Below, piece by piece: positions 1 to 9,924 of a stretch of 64,000 nucleotides of DNA. The stretch covers positions 9,487-73,486 of the forward strand of contig JAUIAT010000006.1 of the NCBI GenBank assembly GCA_030425295.1. The letters are read 5' to 3'. A program made the translations under genes and the position numbers. The notes below the pieces were generated by a model, which was not told where the DNA came from, ran no database searches, and saw nothing but the letters and a program-made list of their open reading frames with translations. This stretch comes from Gammaproteobacteria bacterium (lineage in GTDB: Bacteria > Pseudomonadota > Gammaproteobacteria > JAUIAT01). Each line of letters starts with the position of its first letter. Positions within the stretch are counted from its first letter, which is position 1.

Positions 1-113
1 TGTTGCTTTTAATGTGATTCAGCTCTCAGCAAAGCAATTTCTTGACAAAAAAGCTTTTTTTGCATAAAGTATGCACAAAATATTCGTTAAAAACTATTAA
101 GCATAGGGCTTAC

Positions 114-646
114 ATGACTGAACCACACGAACATATAATTTACAACAATATAAGAGAATTAAAAAATACAATACAACCTACGGTTTTTTTTATTATGAAG
201 TTATAGGTCTTTCTTCAATAGGAACTCTTGAAAGAACTCTGGATCTAACGCAAGAAATTCTAGATAATGTTGTAGATAAACTTGAAAAATTAAGCCTTGA
301 TCCTTCCTATTCTCTAGAAAGCAACGAATTAGATAAAATTAAATGCTGGGGAATTCTTGCAGAAATTTATAAGCAAGAACCTACAAACAACGATGAAAAG
401 CATAGAAAATGCTCCCTTATGGGAATTTATTGCTATTTAAATGAATTAAATGAAAAAGGCATTAACATAAACCAACGATCAAGTGATACGAAGCATTTTC
501 AAGGATTAGTTCACAACTTACTAGCAGACGCGTCAGGTACCCTCCCTTCTCAGTCAACAGTCCTTTATACCATATTAAATAGTTTATCTGCTAATAAACA
601 AATAGACTACAAGAGTAAAAATATCCTTTCTTTTTGTTTTTTTTAA
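114..646 (+). pseudogene. Effector-like hypothetical ORF split by a frameshift. An ATG at 114 (frame 0) runs to a stop at 204-206. From 122, a stop-free frame runs to 646 (the 75-aa ORF 419..646 of the track). The two frames meet at a T8 tract at 184-191.
   Basis: Manual translation. With 9 T the two frames fuse into one ORF of about 177 aa (MTEPHEHIIYNNIRELKNTIQPTVFFYYEVIGLSSIG...). The frame 122-418 is open but has no ATG. Confidence 0.4.
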
Positions 647-746
647 AGAGTACTTTTTAAGCTCCAGCATAGAAACCTCTAAAAAATGCGAAAAATATAA
701 ACAGACAATTTTTGATAAAAATAAGCTAGGGTTAGCTAAGTTTTAT

Positions 747-2381
747 ATGCATCTATACAAAGAAAAACATTTGAAACATATAGATATTAGGTATATTTTT
801 AAATTACTTAAAGATGCCAGGGAGGAAGGCATAAGCAATGGAGAAGACACTCCGCCTTATTCTTATTTTTACGATTTATATCTTATAGCTAATAATTTAC
901 GTTTAAGTAGTTCTATTCAGGTTGAAAAAGATTTATTATTCAATATTCTAATAGCTAGCATACCAAAAAAAGTAAAACATAAAAAACATATAAATCCGCT
1001 TAATGATTTATCTATATTAATGTCTAGTGTAAGTAGCATTAATTCACTTACAAATGAAAATTTTAAACAACTTCGTGTGTTAAGTAATGGAATAAAAATA
1101 AGCCCAATAAATAAATTACGCTTATTAAGCTTTGAAAGAACCCAAATTAACCTATTGCACGAATACATGTCTTTGTTTAAGCCAAACAAAATTATAGCTG
1201 CAGTTATTGGTTTGTGTGCTGGGGCTGGGATTTTTGCATTAAATGTTTTCATTGGTGCATTGATTTCTATAGTATGGTTTACATTTATTAACGGCTTCAT
1301 TATGGGGCTCATGGGCTTAATTTTTTCACCACCAGTTAATCCTTTGGTAACTGCACTGATGTGTGGTTTGATCTTCATAACTTTCGGGGAAATTTTTGCG
1401 GGGGTTATCATTAGTATGGGATTTGGAGCTCTCTTAGCTTGGGGCTCAGTACATATTGCATATGATTTAGCAATTGGCTTACTAAATGGCATAACAAAAA
1501 ATTTGATACGTATAAATTCTCCGCTTACGGCACTAATTAAATCATCTAAATATTATGTAAAACCTGCTTTTAGTGAACCACTATCTGAGGTTCATGATGA
1601 TTCAAATAAATATCATCTAAGTCTTTTATTAGCCAATGGTAAAAAGTTGCATCTCTCAAATAATCTTACTCAAAATGTATTAGATGACTTAGAAAATAAG
1701 CATCTCAGACAGGAAGTAATTAGCAAAATAGTTAATAGACTTGGTAGATTAGATATACATCCTGAGAATAAAACTAAAATACTCTTAAAAACATTTATTG
1801 TAACTAATAAATTATATATTAGAAAGTTTATAAAGGTTTTAAAGCAAAATTTATCTTCAGATGAATTTTCTGCTGATCGCATCAATACTTACCTTGGATG
1901 GTCAATTGAATGCATAATACATTATCCATCCGCCGAAAAAGAACTGAATAAGTTAGCTATTATGTACTTAAAAAAGGTTATTGACACGGTCGATAGTCCA
2001 GCTTCCTTTATTTATGATAATTTAGAATCTTCAGAGTTAACCCATCTGTTATTTTTTCTTCAAGGCAACTTTACTCCTGAAGAAAACCTCACACAAGATA
2101 TTATGTTTCATGGAGATGAACCTATTATATTTGAAGATAATGGTTATGAATGGGCAAATGAAGGAGAAACAAGAACGGACATAATAGAATATATAAAAAA
2201 ATTCGAAGAAAAAATAAAGACAGGCAAAGAAGAAGCACGAAAAAAGATTTTAGAGTATTTAATTAAAAAAATACCTAATAAACCAGACTTAAAACAAAGC
2301 TCAACCAAACCAATAAATAATGAGACGACGCCTTTATTAGACGGTTATTCAGATAGAAATATGGTTTTAACTTATACTTAA
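747..2381 (+). CDS. Hypothetical membrane protein of 544 aa. Central bilobed Gly/Ala-rich hydrophobic region (residues ~150-245), hydrophilic termini, E/K-rich C-terminal region. Effector-like.
   Basis: Long ORF. GxxxG-rich hydrophobic hairpins (IIAAVIGLCAGAGIFALNVFIGALISIVWF... and MGLIFSPPVNPLVTALMCGLIFITFGEIFAGVII). No recognisable enzymatic motif. Confidence 0.55.
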   Translation: MHLYKEKHLKHIDIRYIFKLLKDAREEGISNGEDTPPYSYFYDLYLIANNLRLSSSIQVEKDLLFNILIASIPKKVKHKKHINPLNDLSILMSSVSSINSLTNENFKQLRVLSNGIKISPINKLRLLSFERTQINLLHEYMSLFKPNKIIAAVIGLCAGAGIFALNVFIGALISIVWFTFINGFIMGLMGLIFSPPVNPLVTALMCGLIFITFGEIFAGVIISMGFGALLAWGSVHIAYDLAIGLLNGITKNLIRINSPLTALIKSSKYYVKPAFSEPLSEVHDDSNKYHLSLLLANGKKLHLSNNLTQNVLDDLENKHLRQEVISKIVNRLGRLDIHPENKTKILLKTFIVTNKLYIRKFIKVLKQNLSSDEFSADRINTYLGWSIECIIHYPSAEKELNKLAIMYLKKVIDTVDSPASFIYDNLESSELTHLLFFLQGNFTPEENLTQDIMFHGDEPIIFEDNGYEWANEGETRTDIIEYIKKFEEKIKTGKEEARKKILEYLIKKIPNKPDLKQSSTKPINNETTPLLDGYSDRNMVLTYT

Positions 2382-2526
2382 CCCCTCACCCTACGTCATC
2401 TCGACTGAAGCACCAAAGGTGCGTAATGGAGAGATCTGACTGATGTGTGGATTCAGATCCCTCGACTACGCTCGGGATGACGGCTGTAGCGCTGGCATGA
2501 CAACTATGACGTTCGGGATTGTAGAG
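2382..2526. repeat. Degenerate copy or copies of the MITE-like family B palindromic element (CCTCGACTACGCTCGGGATGACG), located downstream of the stop of the 747-2381 gene and in the long intergenic region upstream of the glnII-like gene.
   Basis: 2458-2482 ccctcgactacgctcgggatgacgg matches the inverted repeat of the element at 40044-40148. Partial arms at 2394-2410 and 2508-2525 (acgttcgggattgtagag). Confidence 0.6.
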
Positions 2527-2710
2527 GTTAACTGTATAAATTTAGATGAGTTTACCCTAAACCTTAACAGCCTGAATAAGCACCTATGATTAAAAATCAA
2601 GTAAACTTGCATAAATTCACAGCATTTACAATTGTAAAAGAAATTGGTTGTTAACAGGCACTAGCCAGAAATTATGTTCACAATAACTACTGAATGGGGT
2701 ATTATCCTTT

Positions 2711-2760
2711 AGGGGCTATTGACAATTCTTGTTGCAGGAGAAAATTATCAACAGAACCCA
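2711..2760 (+). promoter_or_regulatory. Conserved promoter-like module AGGGGCTATTGACAATTCTTGTTGCAGGAGAAAATTATC, about 105 bp upstream of the glnII start. TTGACA at 2719-2724.
   Basis: The same ~40-bp module recurs at 52250-52295, 57606-57660 and 63100-63145 in promoter orientation relative to sulP, yciO and gdh. Confidence 0.5.
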
Positions 2761-2829
2761 GGTATCGCCCCTAAAGCTTTAACATAAGGGACGTTACCCA
2801 AGTCCAACTTCAAAAGACGTGAGGAAAAT

Positions 2830-3894
2830 ATGACTCTAAGCCAAGCAACTTATATATGGCATGATGGCACTGAACCGACTCAAACTCTTCGCTCAAAAAC
2901 TAGAATCATCAAACACCCTGAAGGCGAAATAACAATTAATGATTTCCCTGAGTGGGGATATGACGGATCATCAACTAATCAGTCAATTGGTGAAGACTCT
3001 GATTTAGTTTTAGAGCCTGTTTCTTTTGTTAGCGATCCTGTCTTAAAGGGTGATAATTACTTGGTATTATGCGAAGTATTAAATCCAGATGGCACACCTC
3101 ATCCTACAAATAAAAGAGCTATTCTCAGAAACATTCTTGAGAATGGAGGTGCTGAGCATGAGCCATGGTTTGGATTTGAGCAGGAATATACACTTTTCAA
3201 AGGTTCGCAGCCACTAGGTTGGCCAGAGCGTGGCTATCCGGCACCTCAAGGTCCCTTTTATTGTGGCGTAGGTGCAGATGAAGTTTTTGGTCGTGATTTA
3301 GTTGAAGCTCATACACAAGCTTGCCTAGAGGCAGGACTTATGATCTTTGGCATTAATGCCGAAGTAATGCCTGGTCAATGGGAGTATCAAATTGGCTACA
3401 GAGGAATTGAAGGTGAATCAGCAGATGCACTAACTGTTTGCGATCATCTTTGGTTAGCGCGATGGCTATTATACCGCTTAGGTGAAGACTATGGCATTTC
3501 CGCAACTCTTGATCCAAAACCAGTTAAAGGTGATTGGAACGGTGCAGGCAAGCATACAAACTTTTCAACAAAAGATATGAGAGACCCTAAAATTGGTTTA
3601 AAGGCGATAGATGCTGCAATTAAAGTTCTAGGCGAGCGTCACTCTGACCACATAAAAGTTTACGGTCATGGCTTAGAAGAAAGACTTACAGGGAAACATG
3701 AAACTGCCCATATTAGCAACTTTAGCGCGGGTGTAAGTGATCGTGGAGCCTCAATACGCATTCCAAGAGCTGTTGCTAACAAAGGTTATGGGTACCTAGA
3801 AGATCGTAGGCCAGGAGCAAATGCTAATCCTTATGAAGTAGCTGCAATTCTTATACAAACTATATGCAATGTTAAAACCAAAATCACAACATAA
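2830..3894 (+). CDS. glnII: Glutamine synthetase type II (eukaryote-like GS catalytic domain).
   Basis: GPFYCGVGADEVFGRD and KPVKGDWNGAGKHTNFS closely match GSII/eukaryotic GS signatures (GPYYCGVGADKAFGRD; KPIPGNWNGAGCHTNFS). GAGGAA RBS 7 nt upstream. Confidence 0.85.
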   Translation: MTLSQATYIWHDGTEPTQTLRSKTRIIKHPEGEITINDFPEWGYDGSSTNQSIGEDSDLVLEPVSFVSDPVLKGDNYLVLCEVLNPDGTPHPTNKRAILRNILENGGAEHEPWFGFEQEYTLFKGSQPLGWPERGYPAPQGPFYCGVGADEVFGRDLVEAHTQACLEAGLMIFGINAEVMPGQWEYQIGYRGIEGESADALTVCDHLWLARWLLYRLGEDYGISATLDPKPVKGDWNGAGKHTNFSTKDMRDPKIGLKAIDAAIKVLGERHSDHIKVYGHGLEERLTGKHETAHISNFSAGVSDRGASIRIPRAVANKGYGYLEDRRPGANANPYEVAAILIQTICNVKTKITT

Positions 3895-3922
3895 TAACCT
3901 AGACTTTGTTTGCAAAGCAGTT

Positions 3923-3945
3923 AAGCCCTAGAAACACTAGGGCTT
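3923..3945. terminator. Bidirectional hairpin between convergent glnII and MarC genes (9-bp stem AAGCCCTAG/CTAGGGCTT, 5-nt loop).
   Basis: Perfect inverted repeat read from the sequence. The flanks are A/T-rich but lack a clean U-run. Confidence 0.45.
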
Positions 3946-3987
3946 AATATAAATAAACGCATAAATTTAACGGCCCTAGATAAAACT

Positions 3988-4632
3988 TTATCTAAAATAT
4001 AATTCAGCAATTTCCACAATACTGTTTATAATAAATTGAGTTGCTATTGCTGCTAAAATAAGTCCCATCAATCTAGTCATGACATTCATGCCTATATGGC
4101 CTAATATTGAATATATCTTCTCAGCCTGAAGCAAAACAAAATAAAGTATGGAAATACAAGTGATCAGAGCTGCAGCAATAATAAAATATTCTATCGCAGA
4201 ATGAGCCTTACCTTCTAACATAATGACTGTAGTAATTGATCCAGGACCAGCAATTAGCGGAATCGCTAATGGAAAAACAGAAATATCCTCTTTTTTCACG
4301 CCCTCTGCAAATTCCCTTTGAGATGTAACAGAGCGCATTGTACGGACATAAAGCATATCTAATGAAATTTTAAATAAAATAATTCCTCCAGCAATTTTAA
4401 AGGATGAGGCTGTAATCATAAAAAACTTTAAAATAATAGAGCCTGTAAATCCAATTATTACCAAAATTGAACCTGCAATTAACACAGCTTTTTTGGTTGT
4501 ACTAATTAACTCCTGATGATTAAGACCCTCAGTAAAAGAAATAAATTGTGGCAACACCCCAACTGGATTTAGGATTGCTATCAATACACCAAAAACAAAC
4601 ACAGCAAAATTAAATTCTGCAAGCGAGCTCAT
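3988..4632 (-). CDS. MarC-family (UPF0056) integral membrane protein.
   Basis: 214 aa, six predicted TM helices, sequence typical of the MarC family (AGPGSITTVIML...). Confidence 0.6.
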   Translation of the reverse strand: MSSLAEFNFAVFVFGVLIAILNPVGVLPQFISFTEGLNHQELISTTKKAVLIAGSILVIIGFTGSIILKFFMITASSFKIAGGIILFKISLDMLYVRTMRSVTSQREFAEGVKKEDISVFPLAIPLIAGPGSITTVIMLEGKAHSAIEYFIIAAALITCISILYFVLLQAEKIYSILGHIGMNVMTRLMGLILAAIATQFIINSIVEIAELYFR

Positions 4633-4702
4633 AGTTTAATCTCCTTATAGAGGGCAATAAAGTATTATTTATAGCCAGTTTTCTGCTCTTACAGACACTA
4701 AA

Positions 4703-7210
4703 TTAATTTTTTTTATTTTCACTATCATCATCTTTAATTATATGAATATCTCTTTGCGGGAAAGGCATTTCAATTCCATTCTCAACAAATTTCCTATTAA
4801 TAGAGTGACGTAGCTGGCTACCAACCCCTACAGCTGTATTAAACTTTCTTAAATAAACATGTAAAGCAAAGTCTAAAGAACTTTCACCAAAATCCTTGAA
4901 GGTTACGAATGGCTCTGGGTTTTCCACCACACCATCTTGTGCTTTTGCGCATTCAAGTAATAATTCAGTAACTTTATTAGTATCAGTCCCATAAGCTACT
5001 CCAATGTTAAGATCTAATCGACGTTTAGCTCTATTGTCATATCCCCAATTAGTCAAAACTTTGCTCATTATCTCAGAGTTTGGAACTAATACAGTTGCCT
5101 TTTGCCCAGTAATAATCTCTGTTGTTCTTACATTAACCTTAGAAACTGTACCTATAATGCCGGATATTTCAACTAAATCTCCTTTCTTAACAGGCCTTTC
5201 TGCTAACATTAAAAGCCCCGATATAAAGTTAGTTACAACTGGAGTCAAGGCCAAACCTACACCTACAGACAAACCACCAAGAATATAAAAAAGGCTGCTT
5301 ATCTGCAGTCCTAGCATATTAATGGCCACTAAAATTGCAGCCGCATATCCAATATAACCAAACGCTGTCAGCATTGCTTGCTGAGATCCTTCAGTTAAAT
5401 TTGTATAGGCAAGTACCTGCTTTTCTGTAAAGTGCTGAATATTCTTGGTTATTGCAATTACTAAGAAAAACGCCGCTAGAGCCGTTATGATGCCAATTAA
5501 CGAGAAATGATATGGCCCTACATTAAAACCAAATAAGATAGACTCAACCCATCTATGTAACTTAAGAGGATCCATACCCCATATTATTAAGAAAACAGCA
5601 GCACTCGATACCCATACAATGAAATGCAAAATCATTACAACCCAGTACACAAATAACTCTTTTCCTCGATCAGACATAGCAAATCTTTTTTGCAATTTGC
5701 TAGATATATTATGACCATTAAGCAAGTGAGGAATTCCCTGGCTTAAAAGCGTTAAAATTAAATACATTAAAACTATTAGCGCACCAGTTTGAGTGATTGC
5801 ATAAAACAATGCATTTGCAAGATTTACGTACCCACATATGATCAGAATAGGATTAGTTAAAACCACCAACAGTGAAAACCATCTCGCAAACAAAATTAGC
5901 CTAAGCTTAAAAGATACATCGCCATCAGTTTTAACCAATTTGTACCAAAATCTTTTCTGCAGAATCATAAAAATTACAACGCAGGCAAATACTCTTAAAA
6001 TTAACCTAGCAACTTGTACAAATTCTGGAGGCATTGGTATAACGCCTGTTATTGTTGAAAAAAACCATACAATTGAAAAAAAGAAAATAAGAGCATTTAA
6101 TCTTATTTTTAAACCTTGAGCCAAATCACTACTGAGATTTACAAGTCTGTAAGGTTTATTTCTCACAGACAAGATTGATGCGCTTAAAGCACCGGCATTC
6201 CAAGCAAAGGCTAGAGATGCTATCAAAAATAAGAAGAAATAATCTTGATTTGGAGTAAGATTCGTTACATAGTTCACAGAGAACAAAATCGATAGAGCCA
6301 ATACAACTGGCAAAATCCCCATTAAAAGCAATCGTAACCCAACAACCGCAAGTTTCTTAACTGAGCCAGGTTTTTTATCTGATCTAATTGACTCCAATAA
6401 ATTCTTGAAATATGGCCTCACAAAGAAGAAGACCCATATTACAAACGCTAGAGCCAAAACAAAAACAAAAGCTGCTTGAATTTGAATTAAACCAGAACAA
6501 AGCCTGCTAATAATATCATGAACCTGATAAACCATAGTGGTCGCAACAAAGCCAACTTGAGAAGCTGATTTAGTTAAAATATCGACATTATAAAGTGGAA
6601 CACTTTGGCGTAAGTACCCTTTTAATTTCATCTCAGATCTTTTGTCAGATATTTTATTTAGAATTAGATCTCCTTTTTTAGCTACAGTATCTATTCCAAT
6701 TAAAAGACTTTTGCTTTTATTTATAACGCTTTCATATTCATTGCTTATATTTCTAACAGAATTTGAGAGTTTTTGTTGCGCATCTTTGCTTTCACTCTGC
6801 ATTGACGCTGAAGGATTAACAAGAGCTTCATTATCAGATAATATTTTTTCTACTTTCTTTTTAACCGAGGGAATTTCATTTAAAACAGTCTTAACTTTAT
6901 TGTACAGATACAATAATCTTGCATCACTTAGGTAAGCATTAGACTCTATTTCTGAATCAACCCTATTAAATGTTGCTAAATTATTTTTAATTATATTTTC
7001 TGATTCATTTATAAACTCAAGGAATGGTTCGTCAGTGACCATATCGGTTTTTAGTCCAGATGAGCCATTAATAGATCGTTCATTACTTTGATTGCTTAGA
7101 GAGGTTTTGGGAGATGCGCCCAGAGTATTTTCCACAGAAGGTGAAGCAGCATATGCTTGAAAAGAAACTAAAGATAAAACTAGAGTTATAGACAACAATA
7201 TATTTCGCAT
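4703..7210 (-). CDS. Mechanosensitive channel of the MscK/KefA (MscS-family) type, with signal peptide, periplasmic coiled-coil domain and multi-TM region.
   Basis: 835 aa. The C-terminal region (LVEISGIIGTVSKVNVRTTEIITGQKATVLVPNSEIMSKVLTNW) matches the MscS pore and beta domain. N-terminal signal peptide MRNILLSITLVLSLVSFQAYA. Confidence 0.8.
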   Translation of the reverse strand: MRNILLSITLVLSLVSFQAYAASPSVENTLGASPKTSLSNQSNERSINGSSGLKTDMVTDEPFLEFINESENIIKNNLATFNRVDSEIESNAYLSDARLLYLYNKVKTVLNEIPSVKKKVEKILSDNEALVNPSASMQSESKDAQQKLSNSVRNISNEYESVINKSKSLLIGIDTVAKKGDLILNKISDKRSEMKLKGYLRQSVPLYNVDILTKSASQVGFVATTMVYQVHDIISRLCSGLIQIQAAFVFVLALAFVIWVFFFVRPYFKNLLESIRSDKKPGSVKKLAVVGLRLLLMGILPVVLALSILFSVNYVTNLTPNQDYFFLFLIASLAFAWNAGALSASILSVRNKPYRLVNLSSDLAQGLKIRLNALIFFFSIVWFFSTITGVIPMPPEFVQVARLILRVFACVVIFMILQKRFWYKLVKTDGDVSFKLRLILFARWFSLLVVLTNPILIICGYVNLANALFYAITQTGALIVLMYLILTLLSQGIPHLLNGHNISSKLQKRFAMSDRGKELFVYWVVMILHFIVWVSSAAVFLIIWGMDPLKLHRWVESILFGFNVGPYHFSLIGIITALAAFFLVIAITKNIQHFTEKQVLAYTNLTEGSQQAMLTAFGYIGYAAAILVAINMLGLQISSLFYILGGLSVGVGLALTPVVTNFISGLLMLAERPVKKGDLVEISGIIGTVSKVNVRTTEIITGQKATVLVPNSEIMSKVLTNWGYDNRAKRRLDLNIGVAYGTDTNKVTELLLECAKAQDGVVENPEPFVTFKDFGESSLDFALHVYLRKFNTAVGVGSQLRHSINRKFVENGIEMPFPQRDIHIIKDDDSENKKN

Positions 7211-7270
7211 GGATGTTATTCCTTTAACAGCACTTATTTATCCAGTTTAGACTATTTTCTAACCCTCTGC

Positions 7271-8731
7271 CTACGTTATTGCCCACTTATTAATACGTGG
7301 GGCCATGAAAGCTATAAACACACCAACTGAAGCAACAATTAAACCAAAAACAATAAAATGATGCGCATAAATAGGATCAGTTAGTAGTGGATTTTTTACC
7401 CCCTTTCCAGACGAAGTCATTTGAGACAAATATCCTGAGATTGATCCAGCAACTCCGCTAGCAAGCTCCCATATCCCAACCATTAAAGCCTCCATTCGCG
7501 CGGGAACTAAACTTCCAACCATTGAAAAACCAACTGGCCCTACAAATAATTCACCAATGGTTTGAAATAAATAACTTATAACAATCCAATACAACGGTAT
7601 AAAACCTTGCGCATTATGAGTATGTATTCCTGCATATAAAATCATAAAACCCAAGCCCATAAAAATCAAACCACAAGAAAATTTTGCAGCGATAGAGTTT
7701 TGCTGATTTCCTCTTTTAGTTAATAGCCTCCAAATGCTTGTGACAAAGGGGCCAAGAATAACTATAAAGAAAGGATTTAAAGAAGAAAAACTTGCAGTTG
7801 GAACTATAAAGTGAAATATATGCCTATCGACATTACGTTCAATAAATAAAGTTAAGCCCGAAGCGCTAAGCATATAAAGGGACCAAAAACAAAGAGCAAC
7901 CACCGTTAAAGTAATAAAAGCGTGCAAATTAGATCTAGACTGTCCCCGCTCCTGAGAAGCAACATACAGCACAAATATAACACTACAAGCTCCCATCAGC
8001 AGAAGCATAGCGTTACAAAATTCTGAATATCTTAATAGCTCAGTAACTATTAAAACGGAAACCACGGTATACAGCGCACCTTTAAGATTTTTTACAAGAC
8101 CGAATCCACCAGCTTTTGACTCAGATCCCATATATTCTTCTTTAAACATATTTCTGAAATATATAAAGTACATTAACAATAAAATCTGAGCAGCCCCACC
8201 AATCCAAAATACTGTTCCGTAACCGAGCCAACTCTGCAAGGGTCCTGCCGACCCACAGGCCAAAAAACTACCAGTATTCATGCCTATATATGAAATTATA
8301 AACCCTGCTTCGCGATGCGGATGATTTTTACTATAAATGCGACTCAAAAGCACAAAGCTACAAGGAATTAATATCCCAGAACCAACTATAAACGCACTTA
8401 AACCAATAGTTAATAAGCTTTTAGAAATTGGGATTAAAAACAACCCAAATATTGATACAATTATTCCAAAAATAATGGCTTTTTTATAACCAAAGAACTT
8501 CTCACCTATATATCCTCCAGTTACATGCCATGCATACATAAGAGCAATATAAGCTGAACCAAGTGAATATGCGTGTTTATCAGAGAAATTCAAATCTGAA
8601 GTACAATATAAAACTAATAGATACATAACAAAAGAGAAGCCAATCATAGAGATTAGCTGCATAAAGAACATTACAAAAACACCGCGAGGGTATTTGGAGC
8701 AATCGTCAATATCATTAGGGGCAACCTGCAT
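7271..8731 (-). CDS. POT/PTR2 family proton-dependent di/tripeptide transporter.
   Basis: 486 aa, 12-14 TM, PTR2-like signature GGYIGEKFFGYKKAIIFG. Confidence 0.7.
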   Translation of the reverse strand: MQVAPNDIDDCSKYPRGVFVMFFMQLISMIGFSFVMYLLVLYCTSDLNFSDKHAYSLGSAYIALMYAWHVTGGYIGEKFFGYKKAIIFGIIVSIFGLFLIPISKSLLTIGLSAFIVGSGILIPCSFVLLSRIYSKNHPHREAGFIISYIGMNTGSFLACGSAGPLQSWLGYGTVFWIGGAAQILLLMYFIYFRNMFKEEYMGSESKAGGFGLVKNLKGALYTVVSVLIVTELLRYSEFCNAMLLLMGACSVIFVLYVASQERGQSRSNLHAFITLTVVALCFWSLYMLSASGLTLFIERNVDRHIFHFIVPTASFSSLNPFFIVILGPFVTSIWRLLTKRGNQQNSIAAKFSCGLIFMGLGFMILYAGIHTHNAQGFIPLYWIVISYLFQTIGELFVGPVGFSMVGSLVPARMEALMVGIWELASGVAGSISGYLSQMTSSGKGVKNPLLTDPIYAHHFIVFGLIVASVGVFIAFMAPRINKWAIT

Positions 8732-8989
8732 AAAAATCCCTTAAAATTCTTATCCGAGGTATAGCTTACACCTAATCTACCTAGGTTACTAGTTGTGATA
8801 ATGTTTTCAATCAAATTACAAATTAGCTATGGATCAATTCCATAATGTTTTATAATCACCTACTAAATAAAAATAAGACAAAGCTAGGGGGCTATCTGTA
8901 CATACAGTTGCAGACATGCTGTCACTCTATGCAGTCAGCCTATATTTGAGAAAACCACTATTTGTTGGATTAAATCATAAGGAAGAAAA

Positions 8990-9907
8990 ATGCTATTTAA
9001 ACAAGTTAAAATCTTTAAATGTAACTTAGGGGCTAATCTAGATACAGAAGCAATTGAAAGCAGAATGCAACCATATGCATACCAGCCCTGTCTTCCTTCA
9101 CTTGCATCTACAAAAGGCTGGGTTTCCCCTGTTACTCAAGATCCTGAAACTACGCTTATTATTAAAGGACAAAATGCAATAATGTTTTGCATGATGATAG
9201 AGGAAAAAGTTTTACCTCAGCCAGTTATCAAAAGACACGTGGATGAAGAAGTAAAGAAAATAGAAAATGAAGAAGCCAGAAAAGTTGGTGCAAAAGAAAA
9301 GCAAAGAATAAAAGATGAGGTTATCCACACACTTTTGCCACGAGCATTTAGTAAGCTAACCCCGATGCACGCATACATTGATACCGAACTAAACTACCTA
9401 GTTATAAATACAACTAATGCTAAACGCATAGAAAGATTTAATAGCTTCCTCAAGAGATCCTTAGGAGATATTGAAATAAAACCTCTTGAAGTATCTGAAG
9501 TTGGGCCCATGATGACAAGCTGGGTATTAGACGCGAGCAATCCGAGCAACATTCTTATAGATCAAGCAGCTGTTTTGCAAGATCCTAACCAACAAAACAG
9601 AGTGATAAGATGTCAACATCAAGACTTAGGGATGCCTAGCATTCAGGGCTTGATTAACGATGGTTGCGCAGTAAAACAACTTGCCCTTAATTGGAATAAC
9701 CAACTAAGTTTTTGCCTTGATAATGAATTCTCTTTAAGCAAAATAAAGTTTGCTGACGAATTACTTGAAACAGCAAAAGAAGCTTATGACGAAGCTAAAT
9801 TGCAACAATTTTCAACAGATTTTGTAATGATGAGGGAAACTTTTGCGAAGCTATTAGCTAACTTAACAGAACACTTTAGTGAAGAAGCTCAAGAGATTAT
9901 AGCTTAA
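8990..9907 (+). CDS. rdgC: Recombination-associated protein RdgC.
   Basis: 305 aa. HTLLPRAFSKLTPMHAYID and VKQLALNWNNQLSFCLDNEFSLSKIKFADEL align with E. coli RdgC ([49 protein letters not shown]). Confidence 0.85.
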   Translation: MLFKQVKIFKCNLGANLDTEAIESRMQPYAYQPCLPSLASTKGWVSPVTQDPETTLIIKGQNAIMFCMMIEEKVLPQPVIKRHVDEEVKKIENEEARKVGAKEKQRIKDEVIHTLLPRAFSKLTPMHAYIDTELNYLVINTTNAKRIERFNSFLKRSLGDIEIKPLEVSEVGPMMTSWVLDASNPSNILIDQAAVLQDPNQQNRVIRCQHQDLGMPSIQGLINDGCAVKQLALNWNNQLSFCLDNEFSLSKIKFADELLETAKEAYDEAKLQQFSTDFVMMRETFAKLLANLTEHFSEEAQEIIA

Positions 9908-9924
9908 TTTATTTAGTTTAGTTC

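Noticed and set aside
46-62. AAAAAAGCTTTTTTT palindrome at the window start, considered as a terminator.
   Set aside because: Pure A/T palindrome with only a 2-bp GC core. Not a convincing intrinsic terminator without upstream gene context.
917-1492. 191-aa minus-strand ORF antisense to the 747-2381 gene.
   Set aside because: Fully nested antisense ORF in an AT-rich gene, with no RBS. The same applies to 1670-1885, 5004-5288, 5838-6119, 6642-6935, 11000-11383, 12582-12797, 13044-13253, 13833-14087, 14724-14930, 15160-15390, 17506-17790, 19103-19633, 22750-22950, 23172-23477, 30785-31715, 34119-34358, 36226-36668, 40666-40905, 41675-41878, 43032-43851, 46668-46874, 47704-47907, 48490-48858, 49006-49218, 53388-53618, 54125-54337, 55601-56070, 56503-56709, 57337-57531, 58774-58974, 59471-59656 and 61603-61867.
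2711-2760. Possible sigma-54 promoter in the conserved module (TGTTGCA resembles the -12 TTGCA).
   Set aside because: There is no GG-N10-GC arrangement and no TGGCAC -24 element. TTGACA looks sigma70-like instead.
8880-8960. LexA-box-like CTGTCACTCTATGCAG in the divergent POT/rdgC promoter region.
   Set aside because: It shows one mismatch to CTGT-N8-ACAG. rdgC is not a known SOS gene. A single weak match has no support.
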